DNA of 64,000 bases from assembly GCA_027080995.1 (NCBI GenBank), contig JALWNT010000039.1, positions 72,689-136,688 on the forward strand. Direction: 5' to 3'. Position 1 is the stretch's first letter. Every line of letters begins with the position of its first letter. The notes below the pieces were generated by a model. The model was not told the origin of the DNA and searched no databases. It worked only from the letters and a program-made list of their open reading frames with translations. Made by a program: the position numbers and the translations under genes. This document shows, piece by piece, positions 17,686-29,193 of the stretch. This stretch comes from Campylobacteraceae bacterium. GTDB taxonomy: Bacteria > Campylobacterota > Campylobacteria > Campylobacterales > Sulfurovaceae.

Positions 17686-18192
17686 ATGGCACGAAGAGGA
17701 AACTCCATCATTAAAGGAATCGAGGTGTCGGAACTGATTCGGCTTCTCAACAAAGCTTATGCCGACGAGTGGCTGGCCTATTATCAGTATTACATCGAGG
17801 AGAAGGTGGTCAAGGGGATCATGAAAGACGCGGCGATCGCCGAACTGCAACAGCACGCGGCCGATGAGCTGCGCCACGCCGATATGGTGGCACAGCGGAT
17901 CTTACAGCTGGGCGGGACCCCGCTGCTGAGTCCCAAAGAGTGGTTCACCCAGACCAACTGCGGTTACGAAGAGCCCAAAGATTTCGACGTGACGGCGATC
18001 CTGGAGGATGCCATCAAAGGGGAGCAGTGTGCTATCAGCACCTACTCAGAGCTGGCGGAGATGACCCGCGAGAAGGATATCGTCACCTACGACTTGGTCA
18101 GCCGGATCCTGGCCGACGAGGTAGAGCACGAGGAGGATCTGACGGCGTTGCACGAGGATATCACCGAATTCATCAGCTCCCTGAGAGGCTGA
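17686..18192 (+). CDS. Ferritin-like (bacterioferritin/Dps-like) di-iron protein
   Basis: 168 aa with a four-helix ferritin-like pattern carrying E..H ligand pairs (ADELRHAD, ADEVEHEED). RBS GAAGGAGAG. Confidence 0.8.
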   Translation: MARRGNSIIKGIEVSELIRLLNKAYADEWLAYYQYYIEEKVVKGIMKDAAIAELQQHAADELRHADMVAQRILQLGGTPLLSPKEWFTQTNCGYEEPKDFDVTAILEDAIKGEQCAISTYSELAEMTREKDIVTYDLVSRILADEVEHEEDLTALHEDITEFISSLRG

Positions 18193-18289
18193 GGTTCAAA
18201 ATAGAACGAGTGGATGCGGTGACTTTGGAGGCGGGGCTTTAGCCCTGCGCAGGTCTGAAGTCCCGCCCCCTTTATCTTAATTGAGTGCT

Positions 18290-18387
18290 CTGAAAAACAA
18301 CCGGTTTCACTCGATGACTCTGGCAGTCGCGAACGCAAGCGCCCGTTTCACGGGTTGAGCGCTCCTTTGTCGCCATCGAGTGAAACC
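18290..18387. repeat. Long hairpin element sharing the GCTCTGAAAAAC head of the 117-nt family
   Basis: TGCTCTGAAAAAC is followed by a perfect 14-bp inverted repeat, GGTTTCACTCGATG (18303-18316) and CATCGAGTGAAACC (18374-18387). The 57-nt spacer contains the small stem CCCG-tttca-CGGG. Confidence 0.5.
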
Positions 18388-18439
18388 TCTCTCGGATATA
18401 GTCAGAGGGTTCAATAAAAATAACAAAAAGGAAAAAACA

Positions 18440-19099
18440 ATGAAACAATACGAAAGTTACAAATGCGAGGTCTGCGGCAACGAGGTGGAGGTCCAGCACG
18501 TCGGAGGCGGCACCCTGGTCTGCTGCTCTCAGGAGATGGTCTGTACCACGGAGAATCTGACGGCAGTCAATCTGATGAAAGCCTTCGCCGGCGAATCCCA
18601 GGCGCGGAACAAATATGAGTTCTTCGCCGAGGTGGCGATGGCGGAGGGCTTGCACCGGATCGCCCGCTTCTTCCAAGAGGCGGCCGACAACGAGAAATAC
18701 CACGCCCAGGCGGAGTTCAAAGCCTACAACAAACTGGTCCACGGAGTGGAGCTCGACAGCACCCGGAAGAATCTGCAGTACGCCGCCGACGGAGAGCGCT
18801 ACGAGCACGAGGAGATGTACCCCAACTTCGCCGCCATCGCCAAAGAGGAGGGGCTGGAGGCCATCGCCCGGCTCTTCCGGGCCATCGGCAAGGTGGAGGT
18901 GGAGCACGAGCGGGAGTATCTGGAGCTCAAAGCGGCCCTGGAGAGGGAAGGGTTCTTCGACAGCGAGAACAACGAAGAGTGGATCTGCGAAGTCTGCGGC
19001 CACGTTCACCGGGGCAAGCGTCCCCCCGCCCAGTGCCCGCTCTGCAAGGCCGACCGGGAGTATTTCAAAAAGCGCTGCCCCGACGTCACCGCCGGCTAA
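18440..19099 (+). CDS. Desulforubrerythrin (desulforedoxin domain + rubrerythrin + C-terminal rubredoxin-like CxxC pairs)
   Basis: The N-terminus KCEVCGNEVEVQHVGGGTLVCC matches the desulforedoxin pattern Cx2Cx15CC. The di-iron core follows (NLMKAFAGESQARNKY...EVEHE). The C-terminus is CEVCGHVH...CPLC. The start is set at the ATG with RBS AAAAAGGAAAA rather than the GTG at 18380. Confidence 0.85.
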   Translation: MKQYESYKCEVCGNEVEVQHVGGGTLVCCSQEMVCTTENLTAVNLMKAFAGESQARNKYEFFAEVAMAEGLHRIARFFQEAADNEKYHAQAEFKAYNKLVHGVELDSTRKNLQYAADGERYEHEEMYPNFAAIAKEEGLEAIARLFRAIGKVEVEHEREYLELKAALEREGFFDSENNEEWICEVCGHVHRGKRPPAQCPLCKADREYFKKRCPDVTAG

Positions 19100-19142
19100 G
19101 CCGGCCCGTACAGTCGTACCGGTATGGAGCCGGGCACCATAA

Positions 19143-21365
<2,223 letters not shown>

Positions 21366-21398
21366 CTAATTCTCTAGAACTGTTGATGATCTTTTGCT

Positions 21399-21414
21399 TG
21401 GGATGGCAATCCCA
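21399..21414 (+). terminator. Small hairpin after katG (TGGGAT-ggca-ATCCCA)
   Basis: 6-bp stem 34 nt after the katG stop, with no clear T-tract. Element B follows immediately. Confidence 0.3.
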
Positions 21415-21424
21415 CACTATGAAA

Positions 21425-21541
21425 CTGAAAGACCGAAATGACTCTTTTTTATCATTTTGGACTCGATTCGGGATCCACGGTATCATAGGGATTCAAAGCC
21501 GAGGATTCCGGATCAGACCCAGAAGAACGGAGGTCTTTCAG
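21425..21541. repeat. 117-nt palindromic intergenic element, copy B
   Basis: Terminal inverted repeat CTGAAAGACC / GGTCTTTCAG (extended to ...CAGAGC on the right). The central block ACTCGATTCGGGATCCACGGTA is identical to copy A. Confidence 0.8.
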
Positions 21542-21804
21542 AGCCCACAATGGTGCATAGCTCTGGAGCGATTGAAACGTCTTTACCAATAATTCCAGAA
21601 TGTATAAAATTTTTCTATCAATTTCTTCAAATGTAAAACTGTAATATCACTTTTAATATATTTATCTAAAAGGCTAGTTATATAAATAATATCCATTGAA
21701 TGATTATTTTTTGTATTTATTAATTTTCTCGATAGAATGTTCTGTGTCGAGGATGAATAGGAATATAGGATGAAGGAAGGGAGGGGATTTTATCTCAAGA
21801 GGGA

Positions 21805-23403
21805 ATGATGATTCAAAAAGAGTTAAGAAAAACGCTTTTCTACAGAATTGTTCTTCTTTCCATTACAGGATTTGTTATCATTATTTTTCTCTTTTCCTAT
21901 CTCCTTTACCGATACGAACTTAATAATGCGGAAAAATCTTTGGCGCAGAGAAATGAAACGATCAGCTACTTTCTCTCCTCCTATTTTTCCAAGTTTTACA
22001 TGAGCGTGGACCTCTTGAGTCGAGACAAAACAATTATCCTTGCACCCTGGTTGGATGAAGCACACCGACAGGAAGCTCTCGAAAAACTCCTTCTTTTCCA
22101 AAAAAGCATTCCCAACGTTCACTATATTTATGCCGGATACATCAACAAATATCTCTTGATAAACGGCTACGTTCCTCCAATAGATTTCGATCCGACCGTG
22201 CGTCCTTGGTATCTTGCCGCTCTGCGTTCTGCTCCTAGGACCTCCGAAGGTGTCCTGTATCGGGAAATCAAGACGAAGGAGCCGCTCTTTTCCATCAGCC
22301 GTGTTTTGCAAGAAGAGAATGGAACGATCACCGGTGTTTTGGCCATTGACGCTTCGGTGAGAGATGTAAAGAAACTCTTGGAGATGAAGTTTGGTGATTA
22401 CCGAACGGGCAAAAATTTTATTTTGAACATGAATGGCGATGTCATCACTTTCGATGAAAAGAATAGAGCTCTCGGGAAAGAGATTCTCCAAAAAATCAAA
22501 AACATCATTGGAACAAAAAGGGAGATCCACGGTTCCCTTGACTTCGGCGATGGGAACGATATTTTGGCCCATTACAGTTTTTTGGATAATTTGGATTGGA
22601 TTATCGTCACGACGGTCGATCGCAGTGAGATTCTCTATCCCCTTCTCAAAAAGGCTTTGAGTTTTTTTGTTCTTTTTATCATCTATGCAGTGTTTCTTGG
22701 AAAGTTCCTGAGCAATGTCATTTCCCGGGAAATTTTGAGACCTCTGGGCCGATTGAACCGACAAGTAGAGCAAATCGTCAGAGGGGAAAATACCTCAGAC
22801 AAAGCTTCGACCTATCCATCTACGGAGATAGGCTCCATCGCTGAAAACATTGAGCATTTAACCGCCAATAAGCTTTATCGGAAGAATCGTGAGCTGAAAC
22901 AGATCAATCGAAAATTGCAAGAGCTCTCTAGCCATGATGAATTGACGGAACTTTTCAATCGGCGGAGGATGGCCGAGGAGCTGCGCAGAGAGTACGAAAG
23001 TGCGTTGCGATACGGTACGAATTTCAGTTTGATTCTTTTCGACATCGATTTTTTCAAACAGATCAATGATCGGTACGGCCATCAAGTCGGAGATGAAATT
23101 TTGAAAGAGATTGCAGGACTTCTCAAAAGCTCCACGCGAAAAACGGATATCGTCGCCCGTTGGGGGGGAGAAGAATTTTTGATTCTTTGTCCTCAATCTG
23201 ATGTTTTCGGGGCACTTCGGTTCGCTGAGTCTTTACGGATACTGGTGCAAAACCATGTTTTCTCCAGGAAGATTCATATGACAATCAGTCTAGGAATCGC
23301 CCATTTCAATCAGGATAAAGATACGATAGAAGAGGTGATCAATCGTGCAGATATAAACATGTACAAGGCGAAACGCAAAGGTAGAAATCAAGTTGTTTCC
23401 TGA
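21805..23403 (+). CDS. Diguanylate cyclase with periplasmic Cache-like sensor, TM/HAMP-like linker and GGDEF domain
   Basis: 532 aa with two TM helices flanking a sensor region of about 250 aa. The C-terminus is ...DELTELFNRR...FDIDFFKQINDRYGHQVGDEIL...RWGGEEFLIL.... The gene is visibly AT-rich. Confidence 0.9.
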   Translation: MMIQKELRKTLFYRIVLLSITGFVIIIFLFSYLLYRYELNNAEKSLAQRNETISYFLSSYFSKFYMSVDLLSRDKTIILAPWLDEAHRQEALEKLLLFQKSIPNVHYIYAGYINKYLLINGYVPPIDFDPTVRPWYLAALRSAPRTSEGVLYREIKTKEPLFSISRVLQEENGTITGVLAIDASVRDVKKLLEMKFGDYRTGKNFILNMNGDVITFDEKNRALGKEILQKIKNIIGTKREIHGSLDFGDGNDILAHYSFLDNLDWIIVTTVDRSEILYPLLKKALSFFVLFIIYAVFLGKFLSNVISREILRPLGRLNRQVEQIVRGENTSDKASTYPSTEIGSIAENIEHLTANKLYRKNRELKQINRKLQELSSHDELTELFNRRRMAEELRREYESALRYGTNFSLILFDIDFFKQINDRYGHQVGDEILKEIAGLLKSSTRKTDIVARWGGEEFLILCPQSDVFGALRFAESLRILVQNHVFSRKIHMTISLGIAHFNQDKDTIEEVINRADINMYKAKRKGRNQVVS

Positions 23404-23482
23404 CAACTATTATTTGATGTGACAATAATCTCTTAAGGATTTATAAAATAATATATATAAAGACCACTAAAAGGAGAAAGAG

Positions 23483-24004
23483 ATGAAACGAATGATGGTC
23501 TTTGGTATCTTGGCAGGTTTTCTCCTGCTTGGGACTTCAAAAGTTGAGGCACGACCCTATTCCCGGATGAGTTGCTATGAGCTCTGGTATGCCCGCAATG
23601 CGATCTTTGCCAAAGAGGGGTACTGTTTTACCACCCGTCAGGCCATCAATACTTTCGGTCGGCGATGTTATCCCCCTTATGGCCGTCTCACTCGCTGGGA
23701 GGCCGACGAAGTGGACCGGATCAAATATTGGGAGCGGCGCAAAGGATGTAGCGGCGGCTACGTCCCGCCGGCTCCCGCTCCGTCCTACGGAAATTACGGG
23801 AGTGGATATGCTCAGGTGGTGGGGATCCGTCCGGGCGGTTTCCTGGCGGTACGCACGGGTCCCGGCACCGGTTATGCCCAGATCGGCAGCCTCTATCCTG
23901 GGGATTCAGGCATCCGTGTATTGCGTTGTATGGGGCGATGGTGTCGCATCCGATACGGCAATCTCATTGGATGGGTCTATTCGGGGTATTTGAGATTTTA
24001 TTGA
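23483..24004 (+). CDS. Exported YARHG-domain + SH3b-domain protein
   Basis: 173 aa with signal peptide ...GTSKVEA. CYELWYARNAIFAKEGYCF matches the YARHG motif. The C-terminus GFLAVRTGPGTGY..IGSLYPGDSGIRVL..MGRWCRIRYGNLIGWVYSGYL is SH3b-like. Confidence 0.75.
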   Translation: MKRMMVFGILAGFLLLGTSKVEARPYSRMSCYELWYARNAIFAKEGYCFTTRQAINTFGRRCYPPYGRLTRWEADEVDRIKYWERRKGCSGGYVPPAPAPSYGNYGSGYAQVVGIRPGGFLAVRTGPGTGYAQIGSLYPGDSGIRVLRCMGRWCRIRYGNLIGWVYSGYLRFY

Positions 24005-24063
24005 GTGAGAAGAAAGAGTGATGATCCGTAAAAATAGCGAAAGCAGTGTACAAGGATTTATCA

Positions 24064-25344
24064 ATGGACGTTTCAAAATTGCTGTTGATTTTTAATTTAA
24101 AAAAGGGCTTTGGATTAGTCGTTATAGCGGCGTTTCTTCTTTTTTTTACACAAGAACTTGAAGCAGATATCTCTTTTATCCCCAACTACGGTCCGGCAGG
24201 TGTTTTGATGAGCAAACGTTACTGTCGGATTGCAAACCGCCATGTTGTCTGCCTGGAGTGCTCCTTGCGTTCTCCCGATGCCAACGTCAGCAACGCACCC
24301 GAGTTTTATCGCTTCATCCCTCAGCAAATTGCCGATGTGATAGTGCATTACCGTCGATGCGGTCCCGGCTATTGGGAGGAGTCAGAAAGAATGCCTGATC
24401 TCAATTGGTACGAAAATCAAACGGTGGATGTGATGGTGATGACCCCGAATACCTATACGCTTTTTGTCACTGACTGGGGCTTTACGGGTGGAGTGCATGA
24501 GTTCAACAGCTTCGAATACCGAAACTACCTGCGCAAAACCGGCAAAAGTTTGGGGTACAAAGACCTTTTCAAAGGAGATTTCAACCGTACCCTCACCGCC
24601 ATCGCCGAGCGGGTCTATCGCCGATCGAAGGGATTGGCGCTCGATGCCGATTTGAGTGAGGAGGCAGGCTGGTTTGAAAACCGTTTCGTCTTACCGGAGA
24701 ATTTCGCCATTACCACCCGGGGGCTTTTACTGAGCTACAACATCTACGAAGTAACGCCTCATGTCGTCGAACCGCCTGAGTTTCTTCTCCCCTATTCACA
24801 GATTCGATCGCTGATCGACCCCAAAGGGCCGCTGGCGTTCGCCCTCGATCCGGACCATCCCGTTACGGTGGACGAGGAGAAGTTCGATGCACAGATTCAC
24901 CTCTCTGTGGCCAAAATCGACGCCCGCACCCTGGAGCTCAACGCTACACTTCGTTACCTACCCAATGCGGATATTGCTTACAAACGGAGCTGGTTCACCC
25001 TCCAATTCCCGGAGCTCAAAGGCTCGGATGCTTTGCTTGCACACGAAAGCGACAAAGGGAGTCGTCTGGCAATCTACCCGGCGGGGAGCCGACTCTACGA
25101 CTATAAGGCCAAAAAGCGGATCCACGCCCGTTGGCTCGAAGTGGAACTCGAAACGACCGATACCGATGACGAAATCTCCGTCCACCGGCTCCGGCTCCGA
25201 CTCCGGATGCCGCGCAAACGCCCCTTCGTCGTCTATTACCGTTTCGCCAGACAACGGCAAGACGGCACGATCGACCGCTTGGACGATGCAGGCAAAACCG
25301 GACAGCAGGGGCTCCCTAACGCTCTCTTGCGCTGGGGAGAGTGA
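24064..25344 (+). CDS. Exported DUF3298/DUF4163 (RsiV/PdaC-like) domain protein, paralogue 1
   Basis: ATG with an AAGGA RBS and a hydrophobic N-terminus. The core is ...TYTLFVTDWGFTGGVHEFNSFEYRNY...GWFENRFVLPENFAITTRGLLLSYNIYEVTPHV.... A C-terminal region of about 165 aa matches no family I can name. Confidence 0.7.
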   Translation: MDVSKLLLIFNLKKGFGLVVIAAFLLFFTQELEADISFIPNYGPAGVLMSKRYCRIANRHVVCLECSLRSPDANVSNAPEFYRFIPQQIADVIVHYRRCGPGYWEESERMPDLNWYENQTVDVMVMTPNTYTLFVTDWGFTGGVHEFNSFEYRNYLRKTGKSLGYKDLFKGDFNRTLTAIAERVYRRSKGLALDADLSEEAGWFENRFVLPENFAITTRGLLLSYNIYEVTPHVVEPPEFLLPYSQIRSLIDPKGPLAFALDPDHPVTVDEEKFDAQIHLSVAKIDARTLELNATLRYLPNADIAYKRSWFTLQFPELKGSDALLAHESDKGSRLAIYPAGSRLYDYKAKKRIHARWLEVELETTDTDDEISVHRLRLRLRMPRKRPFVVYYRFARQRQDGTIDRLDDAGKTGQQGLPNALLRWGE

Positions 25345-25376
25345 CCGGAGAGCAACTCAAGGCAAAAGGAGAGAAC

Positions 25377-26726
25377 ATGTCTCCATCGCATGAAAAGAGA
25401 TTCCATCGCCCCCGATGGAAAGGAAACGGAGGGGCGGCGGCGTGGCGTCAGGGGGTCGCGATCGCACTTTTCGTAGTCGGGATTGCTGCCGTATCGACCC
25501 AGGCTCAGTCCACCGACGACGCGATTCTCGTGCCCACCTACGGCACCGCGGAGCACACCCTGAGCAAGCGCGATTGCAAAGCCTTCCAGAGTCGGATCTT
25601 TTGCATGCGCTGCACGCTGAGCTATCCCGATGCCGAGGATGCCGATGCGCCCGATTTTTTTCGTTTCATCCCCCGTCAAATCAAAGATCTCCTTCAAAAA
25701 TACCGCAAATGTGATCCCGACGAGATTGTGGGAGAGATGACCGAAAACGACCTGCCAGACGTCGATTTTTACCGGGAGTGGGAGGTGGACGTCTCCGACG
25801 TCACCCCCTCGACCTATACCCTGGCAATACGAAATGCCGAGTTCAGCGGCGGAGCCCACGGCAGTGAGGAGTTCGAATTCCGCAACTATCGGCGCAAAGA
25901 CGGGAGACCGATTCTCATGCGAGATCTGTTCAAAAAAAGGGCCCTCCGCCGGTTCAGAAAAATCGCCGCGCGGATCTATCGCCAAGCATACGGACTTTCT
26001 CCCACCGACGATTTGAGCGACAAGGCGGGATGGTTCGAAAACCGCTTCGTCCTTCCGGAAAATTTCGACATCACCACGAAAGGGCTCTACTTCGCCTACA
26101 ACGTCTACGAAGTCACTCCCCGCGCCGTCGAACCGCCCTCGTTTCTCGTCCCTTACCCGGCGTTTCGCAAGCTCATCGACCCCAAAGGACCCATCGCCTT
26201 CGCCCTCGATCCGGACCATCCGGTCTCTGAGACGAACAATGCGCTGATCTCCCTTTTGCGTCTCGATCTGCACAAAGAGAAAAAGGGCGTTTTGTCGGTC
26301 GATCTGACCTTTCGCATCCTGGACAACGTCTTGCAAACCCTTTCGTATTACAAATCCAGCCGCATCACCGTGCAGTTTCCCTCTCTGCGAAAAACCGATG
26401 TGATCTTGGATTACGAGGCGAGCGATGATGAGGATAACGTGACGATTATCCCCGCCGGCAAGCCGATCGATCATTTCAAACGCAAAAAAACGGTCCGGTC
26501 CCGATGGCTGCAGGTGATCCTGCAAACCACTGACGACCAGGACCCGCTGCACGGGATCCATTACCTGCATCTGCGGTTGCGGCTTCCGAAAAAGTGCCCG
26601 TTCCTCCTCTACTATCGTTTGGAACGGACCAATGACAAGGGCAAGGTCGAGCGCGCCCCCCTCGTGGAAAGCTACAATGAAGGGCAGCAGGGATTGTCCA
26701 ACTACACGATCAAATGGGGGAAATGA
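25377..26726 (+). CDS. Exported DUF3298/DUF4163-like protein, paralogue 2
   Basis: ATG with RBS AAAGGAGAG. It is colinear with 24064-25344 (TYTLAIRNAEFSGGAHGSEEFEFRNY...GWFENRFVLPENFDITTKGLYFAYNVYEVTPRAV...). Confidence 0.7.
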   Translation: MSPSHEKRFHRPRWKGNGGAAAWRQGVAIALFVVGIAAVSTQAQSTDDAILVPTYGTAEHTLSKRDCKAFQSRIFCMRCTLSYPDAEDADAPDFFRFIPRQIKDLLQKYRKCDPDEIVGEMTENDLPDVDFYREWEVDVSDVTPSTYTLAIRNAEFSGGAHGSEEFEFRNYRRKDGRPILMRDLFKKRALRRFRKIAARIYRQAYGLSPTDDLSDKAGWFENRFVLPENFDITTKGLYFAYNVYEVTPRAVEPPSFLVPYPAFRKLIDPKGPIAFALDPDHPVSETNNALISLLRLDLHKEKKGVLSVDLTFRILDNVLQTLSYYKSSRITVQFPSLRKTDVILDYEASDDEDNVTIIPAGKPIDHFKRKKTVRSRWLQVILQTTDDQDPLHGIHYLHLRLRLPKKCPFLLYYRLERTNDKGKVERAPLVESYNEGQQGLSNYTIKWGK

Positions 26727-26730
26727 AACG

Positions 26731-29193
26731 ATGCGCGCGATCGTTCGCTTCGCCTTCCTTGTGTGGGCGTTCAGTCCGCTGTGGGGGCATCGGGTGCCGA
26801 TCGAAACCGAAGGTCTCGCGGGAGCCCGGATCCGGCTCTACGTCCTGAAGTCCCGGGGAGAGTGCAGACGTCTGAGGCACCGCACTAGCGCTCGCTCCTT
26901 CGAGCTCAAAGTTTCCAAGCTTCACGACGACGCGCTCTATCTGATCCGCGTGAGCAAAGGAGCGCTTCGCCCGGGCTTCATCACGGGACGATCCTCCCCG
27001 GGGGTATTTCGGGCTCTGGTGACGGGCCGGGATCTGCGGCAAAACACCCCGATACGCGTCAGCGCCGTGAGCGAACTGCTCTACGAGCGTTTCGCCGCCC
27101 GGCTTAGAAGCTCTCCTTCGCCCCGTCGGCTGATTCCTCGGATCGACGATGAGGCGGCGGCGATTTTGGCCCGGGATATTGACGGCGACGGACGCATCGA
27201 CCATCGGGACATTTTGCAATTTCGCCTCAATCGGGATCGCGGGGCGCTTCGCCGGGCCTATCGGACAGAGGCGGTTCTCGAAGCTCCCTACCGGGGACGG
27301 CCGCCGCTTCTTCAATGCCGCAGAGAACTTTCCCGCACACGGGGAGATTTTTCCCAGATAATGTCCCTTGTCCCGACTCCGAAACACCTCTGGGCTCTGT
27401 GGTACGACGGCAATCTGAGCGATCTTGCCGCCGCGGATCCGACGAAGCCGGTAGCGCATTTTGCCGGAGTGTTCGCGGGGGATGCGTTGCGTTACGATGC
27501 CGCGTCGCATAAGCTTTTTCTTTTTGACATCAACGATTCCCGACCGACGATTCGGATACTCGACGCTCGCAATCCCCGCCGCGTGTCGGCTACCGTTCCC
27601 GGCAGCGCCGACGATCTTACGGTACTGGATGGAAGATACTATCTCCTCGAGGCGAAAGCCCTTCGCACCCTCGATGCCCTTACGTTACAAACGATCGATA
27701 CGATCCCCCTTCCCAAAGGGGACGATCGGCGCTTTGTTCTCGATAGGCGGCGCAGGCTGCTCTATCTCATCGGCGAGGGGCCGTTGCGGGTCTATCGGAT
27801 CGCAAAAAACGGTGCCCTTCGCCGGATCGGAAGCTACCCCGATCTGGCCGATTTTTTCGAATTGGCGCTCTACGACGGAGGGGAACGGGCCCTGGCGATC
27901 GTCGATTCGGGGATGGAGGGGGTGAGGGTTTTGGATCTGAGAGATCCTCGAAAGATCCATATTCTCCAAAGCCTCCGTTACGGCGGAATGGCCCGTCCCC
28001 CCATCCGGATCGACGGTGATCGGGCGCTGGTCGAATGGGACGGGACTCTTGCTCTGCTTGATCTTCACAAAAACGATCGCCCGGCGGTTCTGGGGTGCTT
28101 CGCTTTGCCGATGCGTTCCGATTCGCTCGACTCCCCCGGCTACGCCTTGACGGACGACGGGCGCGAAGCCTGGGTAGCGGGCGACGCGGGACTGATCCGC
28201 TACGATACGACCCTTTATAGCGCCCTTTTTACGCTCGATCGAATCCACTTGAGCGATCCGGACAAAGTCCGGATCGATCCCGAAACCCGCCGGGTCTATC
28301 TGACCCATCAAATCGGCGACGCTTTCCAGTTGGTCGTTTTGCACTTTGAAAAGGGAAAACTTCGCATCCTTTCACGATTCCCCGACTACGACGAAAAAAC
28401 AGGCCCCTATTTCGATTCGATGATTTTTGCGCTTCTGGATCATACCCGGGCAGTGGCGGCCAACGGCCAAGGGGAGGTTTATCTCTTGGACCTTCGCAGA
28501 CCGCGGGTCCGGATGATCGGACATCTGGAGGCGGTGGAGAAGGCCTTCGATTCGCAGATCGAGAGCCTCCTTCCACTCGATGGCGGCAAGCGTTTGCTTG
28601 TCGGATCGGATAAAGGCAAAGTCGTCCTTTTCGCCACGCCGCGCGGGAAAAAAGCGCATTTGCTCGCAAGCCTCTCTCTTGCAGGATCGGTCCGAAAGCT
28701 CGTCCCGTTGACTTCCCGGCGCCTCCTGGCTCTCGTCGCCGGCAGCGGCGTGCTCGCCATCGACCTCTCCCCTTCGGGGACGCTCAAGGGTGAAAAGATC
28801 CTCTCCATCCCCGATGCCGTCGATCTCCTCGTCGATCCCCGCCATGCCCATCTCTATCTGACGCGCAAAAACGGCACCCTCGTGCGCTATCGCCTGGAAG
28901 CGCAGGGGTTGAAGCGTTTGGATGAGATCCCCAACGCAGCGTATGCATGGGCCACCCCGGCGCTCTCGCCTGATGGGAAGTTCCTCTTTGTGGGCAAGGA
29001 AGGCAAGTTGGAGGTTTACGACCGGCGCACGCTCCACCCTCTGGGGAGCTACCCCATCGTGGGACTTACCGACATTGTCCCTCTGACTCGAGGCAAACAC
29101 GCCTTGGTCGTAGGAGAAAAGGCGTTGCTGAGCCTCGATCTATCGCTACTGTTTTCGGAGCGAAACGTATCGAATCGAAAGGGAAATCGATGA
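26731..29193 (+). CDS. Exported Arg-rich beta-propeller-like repeat protein (LVIVD/COG5276-like), paralogue 1
   Basis: 821 aa from the ATG 4 nt after the previous stop, with signal-like MRAIVRFAFLVWAFSPLWG. It has the Ca-loop-like DIDGDGRIDHRD. Short strand motifs recur (..LYLIGEGPLRVYRI.., ..ALAIVDSGMEGVRVLDL..). Confidence 0.6.
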   Translation: MRAIVRFAFLVWAFSPLWGHRVPIETEGLAGARIRLYVLKSRGECRRLRHRTSARSFELKVSKLHDDALYLIRVSKGALRPGFITGRSSPGVFRALVTGRDLRQNTPIRVSAVSELLYERFAARLRSSPSPRRLIPRIDDEAAAILARDIDGDGRIDHRDILQFRLNRDRGALRRAYRTEAVLEAPYRGRPPLLQCRRELSRTRGDFSQIMSLVPTPKHLWALWYDGNLSDLAAADPTKPVAHFAGVFAGDALRYDAASHKLFLFDINDSRPTIRILDARNPRRVSATVPGSADDLTVLDGRYYLLEAKALRTLDALTLQTIDTIPLPKGDDRRFVLDRRRRLLYLIGEGPLRVYRIAKNGALRRIGSYPDLADFFELALYDGGERALAIVDSGMEGVRVLDLRDPRKIHILQSLRYGGMARPPIRIDGDRALVEWDGTLALLDLHKNDRPAVLGCFALPMRSDSLDSPGYALTDDGREAWVAGDAGLIRYDTTLYSALFTLDRIHLSDPDKVRIDPETRRVYLTHQIGDAFQLVVLHFEKGKLRILSRFPDYDEKTGPYFDSMIFALLDHTRAVAANGQGEVYLLDLRRPRVRMIGHLEAVEKAFDSQIESLLPLDGGKRLLVGSDKGKVVLFATPRGKKAHLLASLSLAGSVRKLVPLTSRRLLALVAGSGVLAIDLSPSGTLKGEKILSIPDAVDLLVDPRHAHLYLTRKNGTLVRYRLEAQGLKRLDEIPNAAYAWATPALSPDGKFLFVGKEGKLEVYDRRTLHPLGSYPIVGLTDIVPLTRGKHALVVGEKALLSLDLSLLFSERNVSNRKGNR

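Noticed and set aside
18227-18270. Terminator after the ferritin-like gene (GGCGGG...CCCGCC)
   Set aside because: The 6-bp stem encloses a 26-nt loop with competing pairings and has no T-tract, so it is not convincing as an intrinsic terminator.
18380-18439. Upstream extensions offered by the ORF track for several genes: 18380, 24046, 25341, 26632, 45352, 45929, 49449, 51031, 57328, 58453 and 60177
   Set aside because: Each extension either overlaps the preceding gene or a repeat element, or lacks an RBS. A downstream ATG, GTG or TTG with a purine-rich RBS gives a product that starts at the conserved N-terminus or signal peptide.
21383-21592. 69-aa plus-strand ORF (MMIFCLGWQSHTMKLKDRNDSF...)
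   Set aside because: It is simply a translation through copy B of the 117-nt palindromic element. It has no RBS, and the equivalent region of copy A has no corresponding ORF.
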